A stretch of 64,000 nt of DNA from Candidatus Latescibacterota bacterium. GTDB taxonomy: Bacteria > Latescibacterota > UBA2968 > UBA8231. The stretch is from NCBI GenBank assembly GCA_965197905.1, contig CBDAOB010000004.1:96001-160000 (forward strand), written 5' to 3'. Both the position numbers and the translations under genes were made by a program. Below, in pieces: positions 57,689-64,000 of this stretch. Under the pieces are notes generated by a model. That model did no database searches. It was not told the origin of the DNA and saw only the letters and a program-made list of their open reading frames with translations. How positions within the stretch are numbered: the first letter of the stretch is position 1; every line of letters starts with the position of its first letter.

Positions 57689-60600
57689 GCGCCTGTGCGG
57701 GCGACTGCTCGCGTTTTTGGTCTTTGCCCTCAGCGCCGAGCTGCGCGGCGTAGAACCCTACAATCCGGTCATCTCCGATCCGGTGGTCGAAGGGTGGCGT
57801 TGGCGATCGTTTCCCGAACTCAAGGGTGCGGGTCTCCGTTGCATCGCTGAATCTTCAGATGGAGCGATGTGGTTCGGGACCGACGAAGGAGTCCGCCGCT
57901 ACGACGGGCGAGCATGGCAACAGTTCACCACCGAAGACGGGCTGCTCAGCGCCCCGGTCAACGTGTTGCGAGCGGCGGCAGATGGAACGGTCTATGCCGG
58001 TTCGGACATGGGAATAAGTCGTTTTGACCGCGGCAGGTGGCACTCTGTTTTTCCTCCCACCAAAGGTTTCTCCTGGCCCATCGATCAGATCCTGAAATCC
58101 GAGGAAGGGACGCTGTGGGCGGCTACCGCCTGGGGTCTGTTGAGGTTGGAAGGGGACGGCGCCACTCTGTTCACCAGCAGCGATATGGCGACGGCGATAC
58201 AGAAACACGTGGACTATGTCAAAATCTCCATTGTACCGGACGCGGTAATACCCGAACGACGGTGGGGCGAAGGTGTGGGGATCCGGGTGGCCAAGGGGGG
58301 ATACATGGGTGTATCTCGCGGCGGTCTACCGATGGTAGCGTGGGCGGTCGCAGCGGACGGACCTGGGGAGAGGGCTGGCGTCCAGGTGGGGGAGATCGTT
58401 ACCAGTATCGACGGCGCCGTCCCACAGCTACCTCACATCGTACTGCAGGGTGCCGAAGGGACCTCGATGAGCCTGGATCTGGACCGTGGAAACAAGCTCC
58501 AACCATCCTCCCTGACCTTGAAGCACGAACGCGTTTCCGGAACCTATCGGGACTTCGCCGTATCCGATGTCATCGAGGACGGCTATGGGAACCTGTGGAT
58601 CGGGCTTTCCTGGGGTGGCGAGATTCTGCGTTTGGACACAAGCGCAGAGGGGAACCAGAACACCTGGGAGCTCCACGTTGCGGCTAACGGCCTGCAACCG
58701 GGAGATAGGCCGAAACTGATACAGACCCGGGATGGAGCGATCTGGTCGGTTTCGAATCATGGACAGGGCGGCATCAATCGATTTGATGGGAATAGTTGGC
58801 ATCATCTCTCATTCAGTAGTAACATCCATACCTCCGTTCTCGAAACCGACGACGGAGCGCTGTGGATCGGCGGTCACAACGGCACCCTGCTCAGATACCG
58901 CGACACCTGGTCGTCCTGGGATTCCAACCAGGTGCCCCTCTCCCAAACGAGAATCATAGGTCTGCTGCAGGCAGCGGACGGTGCTGTGTGGGTCGCTGGA
59001 CTCGGACAGGAGGCTACGCGACTCGACTACGCCTCGTCTCGCTGGATTTCCTACGCTGGTCTGAACTATCAGGCCGAATCGATCGACGGCAAGCTCTGGT
59101 TTATGACCCAGGAGCGCCGCGCCGTTTCTTTTGACCGCCAACGAGGTGAGTGGAAGATCTACACCCCCGCCGACGGACTCGTCGAAAACCCGACGAGACT
59201 GATCGCGACACGGAACGGAGATATTTGGGCGGCGGGGCAACACCGTGGGCGTGCGGCAACCGCTCGATTCGACGGAAGCACTTGGACCCTGAAGGTGCAT
59301 CACCCGCTGGCTAAGAATATCGGCTGGCGCTCCGCCCTTGAGTCGCAGGATGGCTCGCTCTGGTTCGGGGCGGCGGTGGGCAGGGTTGCCGGAGAAGGTC
59401 AGCTGGGAGGTTTGTTGCGCTTCCGCGAAGGACAAGGATGGACCCATTACACCCCTCCAGACGCTCCCCAGTACACCTATGCCATCGGACAGACCAGCGA
59501 TGGGGTGATGTGGTTTGGTGGTGGCGGGTTGAAAAGGTTCGACGGGCTCGCCTGGACGATCATGACGGAACCGAAGGAACTGGTTTCATGGGTCCAGGCG
59601 CTGCAGGGCACGGCGGAGGGAAATCTCTGGGTAGGGACCCGCAGCTACGGGCTGCTCTTCTACGACGGGAAGGAGTGGACGTCCCACGGAGTGGCGGATG
59701 GGTTGGTAAACAACGTAATCAAAGGTATCGAGGTGTCCCTGGATGGTACCACATGGGTCAAGACGGACAAGGGAATGAGTCGCTATGACGGCTCGACCTG
59801 GATTACGCAGGCACTGCCCGCCGGGTTCGACGATCGGCACGTCGATCTTCGACAATCAAGCGATGGGGCCCTGTGGTTCAACTCGGGAGCAGGTCAGACG
59901 ACCAGATATCAACCAGAGAGCGACGCTCCCGATACCCGCATCACGCTTGCCGTGGACCAGGTATCACAACCGGGCAATACTACCTTTATCTGGGACGGAC
60001 ACGACGCCTGGCGCGCAACCCCCGACGCCAAACTGCAGTTTTCCTGGCGTCTCGACGGCGGGGCCTGGTCGGCGTTTTCCGCCGACAGGAACAAGGCATT
60101 TTTCTCGTTGGAAAACGGCGATCATCTGTTTGAGGTACGTGCCCGCGACCTCGATCTCAATGAAGATCCGACACCGGCCAGTGCGCGTTTCGCGGTGATT
60201 CCTCCGGTGTGGATGCAGCCCGGGTTCGTGACGTTGATGGTGGTGTTGACCCTTGCCATCGCACTGCAGACGGGAAGAGTCATCCGTCGCGACCGCCGGG
60301 TGCGGGAATCGAACAGCGAGCTGCAACAACAGAGCGAGAGTTTGCAGACAGCCAACCGAAAGCTGGACGAATCGAACCGGGCTTTGCAAGACAAGACATA
60401 CGAGTTGGAAGCGGCCAACGTGCAGATCGTCGAAGCCAATCGGCTCAAATCGCAGTTCCTCGCAAACATGAGCCACGAGTTGCGTACCCCGCTCAACGCG
60501 ATTCTTGGGTTTACCCAACTATTGACTCGCGATTCGGAGCTCGCGCCGCAACATAGAGAAAACCTCGAGGTGATCGGACGCAGCGGGGAGCATCTTCTTG

Positions 60601-61823
60601 GATTGATCAACGACGTATTGGACATGTCGAAGATCGAGGCGGGACAGGTGCAGCTCAGCGAAACAGATTTCGATCTCTTCGACCTGCTTGACAGTTTGGA
60701 GGCGATGTTCCGGCTCAGAGCCGAAGACAAGGGACTGGCCCTAGAATTCAAGCGCCGCGAAGACCTGCCCCGATATGTTCACGCGGACGAGGGCAAGTTG
60801 AGGCAGGTACTCATCAATCTGCTCAGCAACGGCGTAAAATTCACTAAAACAGGGACCGTGACACTCGAGGCAGGGTACGAACCCCAACGCCTGATCTTCG
60901 ACATAACGGATACTGGAGCAGGTATCGCCCCTGAAGAGCTGGATATCCTCTTCAACGCGTTTGTGCAAACGGAGAGTGGCCGCCACGCACAGGAGGGAAC
61001 GGGGTTGGGTTTGCCGATCAGTCAGGAGTTCGTGCGCCTGATGGGTGGCGAGATCACCGCCCGCAGCGAGCCCGGCCGCGGATCCCGCTTCAGCTTCAGC
61101 ATCTTGGCGACTCCGATTGACGCCCTGGAGGTCGCGGCAGCTCCGACCTATCGACGCGCCACCCGGTTATCCGCAGGGCAGCGGGAGTATCGGGTTCTGG
61201 TCGTCGAAGACCGGGACGACAGCCGGAACCTCCTGGTTCAGCTGATGAAGCAGCTTGGTTTCGAGGTGCGGCAGGCCTCCAACGGGCAGGAGGGTATCTC
61301 CGCGTGGGAGGAATGGGATCCACATCTCATCTGGATGGACATGCGGATGCCGGTTCTGGACGGGATCGAGGCGACGAAACGGATCAAGGCGAGCCCGCGG
61401 GGCAAGGCGACGGTGGTCATAGCACGTACGGCAAGTGCGTTCGAGGAGGAGCGCTCTGCCATTCTCTCAGCCGGTTGTGACGGATTTATTCGAAAGCCGT
61501 TCAAGGAAAGGGAGGCGGTGGAGTGTCTGATCCAACAACTGGGGGTCCGGTTCGACTACGAAGCCGATGACGCGCTCCAGGCGGGCCCTCCGAAGTCAAG
61601 AGTCGGCCTTACGACTGGGATGCTGTCGGAGCTACCTTCGGATTGGATAGAGCAATTGCACGAAGCGACTGCGATGGCGGATGCGGAGCGGATAAACGCG
61701 CTCCTCCTCAGCATCGATCCCGGTCATGAAGATCTCGTTGTCGCGTTGGAGAATCACGTGAGGGATTTTAGATTCGACGAGATCATGGCTGCAACCCAGC
61801 CACTCGTCGATTCCAACTATTAA
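57666..61823 (+). CDS. Membrane hybrid sensor kinase: beta-propeller sensor with PDZ-like insert, Y_Y_Y-like domain, TM, HisKA, HATPase, REC
   Basis: Repeated D..G.LW.G/DGL motifs, FSWRLDG..GDHLFEVRARD, TM helix, SHELRTPLN, DTGAG, MDMRMP. Confidence 0.9.
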   Translation: MRRRYSVERLCGRLLAFLVFALSAELRGVEPYNPVISDPVVEGWRWRSFPELKGAGLRCIAESSDGAMWFGTDEGVRRYDGRAWQQFTTEDGLLSAPVNVLRAAADGTVYAGSDMGISRFDRGRWHSVFPPTKGFSWPIDQILKSEEGTLWAATAWGLLRLEGDGATLFTSSDMATAIQKHVDYVKISIVPDAVIPERRWGEGVGIRVAKGGYMGVSRGGLPMVAWAVAADGPGERAGVQVGEIVTSIDGAVPQLPHIVLQGAEGTSMSLDLDRGNKLQPSSLTLKHERVSGTYRDFAVSDVIEDGYGNLWIGLSWGGEILRLDTSAEGNQNTWELHVAANGLQPGDRPKLIQTRDGAIWSVSNHGQGGINRFDGNSWHHLSFSSNIHTSVLETDDGALWIGGHNGTLLRYRDTWSSWDSNQVPLSQTRIIGLLQAADGAVWVAGLGQEATRLDYASSRWISYAGLNYQAESIDGKLWFMTQERRAVSFDRQRGEWKIYTPADGLVENPTRLIATRNGDIWAAGQHRGRAATARFDGSTWTLKVHHPLAKNIGWRSALESQDGSLWFGAAVGRVAGEGQLGGLLRFREGQGWTHYTPPDAPQYTYAIGQTSDGVMWFGGGGLKRFDGLAWTIMTEPKELVSWVQALQGTAEGNLWVGTRSYGLLFYDGKEWTSHGVADGLVNNVIKGIEVSLDGTTWVKTDKGMSRYDGSTWITQALPAGFDDRHVDLRQSSDGALWFNSGAGQTTRYQPESDAPDTRITLAVDQVSQPGNTTFIWDGHDAWRATPDAKLQFSWRLDGGAWSAFSADRNKAFFSLENGDHLFEVRARDLDLNEDPTPASARFAVIPPVWMQPGFVTLMVVLTLAIALQTGRVIRRDRRVRESNSELQQQSESLQTANRKLDESNRALQDKTYELEAANVQIVEANRLKSQFLANMSHELRTPLNAILGFTQLLTRDSELAPQHRENLEVIGRSGEHLLGLINDVLDMSKIEAGQVQLSETDFDLFDLLDSLEAMFRLRAEDKGLALEFKRREDLPRYVHADEGKLRQVLINLLSNGVKFTKTGTVTLEAGYEPQRLIFDITDTGAGIAPEELDILFNAFVQTESGRHAQEGTGLGLPISQEFVRLMGGEITARSEPGRGSRFSFSILATPIDALEVAAAPTYRRATRLSAGQREYRVLVVEDRDDSRNLLVQLMKQLGFEVRQASNGQEGISAWEEWDPHLIWMDMRMPVLDGIEATKRIKASPRGKATVVIARTASAFEEERSAILSAGCDGFIRKPFKEREAVECLIQQLGVRFDYEADDALQAGPPKSRVGLTTGMLSELPSDWIEQLHEATAMADAERINALLLSIDPGHEDLVVALENHVRDFRFDEIMAATQPLVDSNY

Positions 61824-61849
61824 TCATAAGGCTTGAAAGGTAGATCTTA

Positions 61850-63157
61850 ATGCAGACGGATATAGACCCTGATCTTCTGCTTGAATCCGGTGTCAAGATT
61901 GCGGAAGAGATTCTGCGCACCTGCGTTCACTGCGGGTTTTGCAACGCCACCTGTCCAACCTACCTGCTTGAGGGAAACGAGCTTGAAGGGCCCCGCGGCC
62001 GGATCTACCTCATAAAGAATATCCTCGAAGATGCAATGGATATCACCGCGAGCACGGTTGGTCATATCGATCATTGCCTGGGATGCATGGCCTGCGAGAC
62101 CACCTGCCCGAGCGGGGTGCGGTACTCCCACCTACTAGAAGAAGCCCGACCCCGGTTGGAGAACCATTTCCGGCGCTCCGTGGGAGACGCTCTGTTGCGC
62201 AAGGTACTGACTTACCTGCTGCCCCATCCGGCGCTCTTACGGCCGGTCCTGCGCCTGAGCTCCGTCGGCAGGAGTCTGAAATTCCTGCTGCCGGCGCGCT
62301 GGAAGAATCTGCTCGAGTTGGCGCCGTCGGCGATGCCGGCCCCCGCACGTCACGCCCGCGCGGGGGTTATCCCGGCGCAGGTTCAGAAGCGTGCCCGTGT
62401 CGCGTATTTGACGGGATGCGCGCAACAGGTGTTGGGTCCGGAGATCAATGATGCCTCGATTCGAATGCTGACGAAGCTGGGTGCCGAGGTGGTACTGCCA
62501 CCCAGCCTGGGATGCTGCGGATCGCTGCCATACCACATGGGAGAACGGCGGCACAGCCTCAAGCTGATGCGCCGGGCCGTCCTCGCGCTGAGCGCAGAAA
62601 TAGAATCGGGTGGGTTGGACGCGATCGCCGTGAGCACTTCCGGTTGTGGCCCCGCCATGCGCGAGTACGGTCACATTTTCAGGGATGATCCTGAAATGGC
62701 AGACCAGGCGGCGTCGGTGGCAGAGCGGGTTCGGGATATCTCAGAAGTGATCTCCGATCTCGGACTTGGAGAGACGCGCCGGGAACTGGGGTTACGGGTG
62801 GCTTATCACGACGCCTGCTCCTTGCAACATGCCCAACGGGTTCGGAGTCAGCCGCGGGAGCTGTTGTCTGAAGTTGGCTGCAGCGTGGTTGAGGTGCCCG
62901 AAGCCCACATCTGTTGCGGCAGCGCCGGCACCTACAGCATGTTGGAGAATCAGTTCGCCTCACGGCTTAGGCAGCGGAAGGTCGCGAATATCGAACAGAC
63001 CGAAGCCGACGTTGTAGCCGCCGGCAACATCGGATGCATTGAACAGATCGCACGGGGAACCAAACTTCCCGTGCTACATACGATAGAGCTGCTGGATTGG
63101 GGGACGGGGGGACCCGTACCTGATGTTCTAAAGCGACTGGGCCGCTTCGAGCTATAG
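61850..63157 (+). CDS. glcF: Glycolate oxidase iron-sulfur subunit
   Basis: CVHCGFCNATCPTY, CLGCMACETTCPSGV, two CCG domains, YHDACSLQH. Confidence 0.9.
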   Translation: MQTDIDPDLLLESGVKIAEEILRTCVHCGFCNATCPTYLLEGNELEGPRGRIYLIKNILEDAMDITASTVGHIDHCLGCMACETTCPSGVRYSHLLEEARPRLENHFRRSVGDALLRKVLTYLLPHPALLRPVLRLSSVGRSLKFLLPARWKNLLELAPSAMPAPARHARAGVIPAQVQKRARVAYLTGCAQQVLGPEINDASIRMLTKLGAEVVLPPSLGCCGSLPYHMGERRHSLKLMRRAVLALSAEIESGGLDAIAVSTSGCGPAMREYGHIFRDDPEMADQAASVAERVRDISEVISDLGLGETRRELGLRVAYHDACSLQHAQRVRSQPRELLSEVGCSVVEVPEAHICCGSAGTYSMLENQFASRLRQRKVANIEQTEADVVAAGNIGCIEQIARGTKLPVLHTIELLDWGTGGPVPDVLKRLGRFEL

Positions 63158-63199
63158 GGCTGCGGGCGTTGTGTTCGTTCTCGACTACAAAGCTCGAAG

Positions 63200-63766
63200 C
63201 TAAAGCACCTGTTCTATGTAGGCGGAGCTCTTCTTGTCCAGCGCGTTCAGATCCGGCACTTCGAACCGATTCCCGTCCACGTCGATGAGCAAGAGCCGGT
63301 GGTCTCCGAGCCATTGGGCGTTCTCCGCGGCGTTCTGGACTACGAATTCCCGCTCGCCCCGATTGGTCACAACGTGCCAATATGAGGTCCCAAATTCGTT
63401 CCGCACAGAGTCGATTTTTTCGATTCTCGACGTGAGATATCTACGGTCCAACTCTTCCTTGATGATGGCTCGTGCCTCCTCGTCCAGGACGTCCAGATCC
63501 TCGACCATGCAGATTTCCTCGTCCTTGCCGTCGAGAAAAGATATGTAGCGATCCGGATTCGACAACGGGGCGGCGCGTACGACTTTGACCTTCAGATAGG
63601 ATCGGTCATCCTCGATCGTCAATCGCAGCACCCAGGGGGGCGCTCTAAATAGACGAACCTGATCGATATCCACCTGTTCGGGATGGGTTACCGCGATCGG
63701 GGTCACATTCAGTTTTTCTTTTTTCGAGCTACCGGTTTCGCCTGCCAAATCGTGCTCCTTTCCCAA
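63200..63766 (-). CDS. DUF1854 domain protein
   Basis: VRAAPLSNPDRYISFLD, ELDRRY, WHVVTNRG, DVDGNRF. Confidence 0.85.
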   Translation of the reverse strand: MGKEHDLAGETGSSKKEKLNVTPIAVTHPEQVDIDQVRLFRAPPWVLRLTIEDDRSYLKVKVVRAAPLSNPDRYISFLDGKDEEICMVEDLDVLDEEARAIIKEELDRRYLTSRIEKIDSVRNEFGTSYWHVVTNRGEREFVVQNAAENAQWLGDHRLLLIDVDGNRFEVPDLNALDKKSSAYIEQVL

Positions 63767-63778
63767 AGCTTTGCTCCA

Positions 63779-64000
63779 CTATGAATGCCCGCCGCCCACC
63801 GCCATAACCGCCGTTGTAACCTGTTGTGTTTCCACCAATCGATGAAATAATCCCTCGCGCTGCATCAGCTCCTCGTGGCTGCCCACCTCGGCGACCATTC
63901 CGTCGTCCAGAACAACGATGCGATCGGCTGATCGCAACGTGGACAACCTGTGGGCGATCGCAAAGGTGGTGCGCCCCTTCGTCAGGTTGGCGATCGCTTC
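63779..64000 (-). CDS. ABC exporter ATP-binding protein, C-terminal fragment (runs off window end)
   Basis: Hand translation EAIANLTKGRTTFAIAHRLSTLRSADRIVVLDDG..E.GSHEELM. Confidence 0.92.
   Translation of the reverse strand, partial: EAIANLTKGRTTFAIAHRLSTLRSADRIVVLDDGMVAEVGSHEELMQREGLFHRLVETQQVTTAVMAVGGGHS

Overview
GC-rich bacterial chromosomal window, probably a metagenome-assembled genome of an uncultured Gram-negative lineage. The taxonomy is not determinable here; the gene repertoire is loosely reminiscent of Latescibacterota/FCB-type organisms (inference). It is gene-dense. Housekeeping genes: hemB, trpF, rpsR, arfB, a SigA-like sigma factor, pepF, parE/parC, a DEAD-box helicase, gltX, glnS, dapL, nadA and murB. 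Catabolic genes: an enolase-superfamily enzyme, three Gfo/Idh/MocA oxidoreductases, aldose epimerase, SDR, amidohydrolase, GHMP kinase, xylA, HOT and glcF. It also holds a yejABEF peptide ABC transporter and a cluster of three hybrid kinases. I saw no rRNA, tRNA, CRISPR array, IS or prophage. The most interesting signals are missed by the ORF track: (1) a candidate sigma28-dependent ~210-nt sRNA (21926-22171); (2) a sigma54-like promoter, structured leader and 24-aa hydrophobic peptide resembling a type I toxin locus (25126-25422); (3) an rpsR with an apparent ATC start heading a unit with an orphan BMC shell protein fused to a Rho_N-like domain; (4) a small RHH-like protein coupled to nadA, a candidate new NAD regulator; (5) two mosaic insertions stitched from short copies of neighbouring sequence (19321-19370, 55035-55091). 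Several apparent frameshifts and one in-frame stop suggest residual assembly errors, so broken genes and mosaics need read-level checking.
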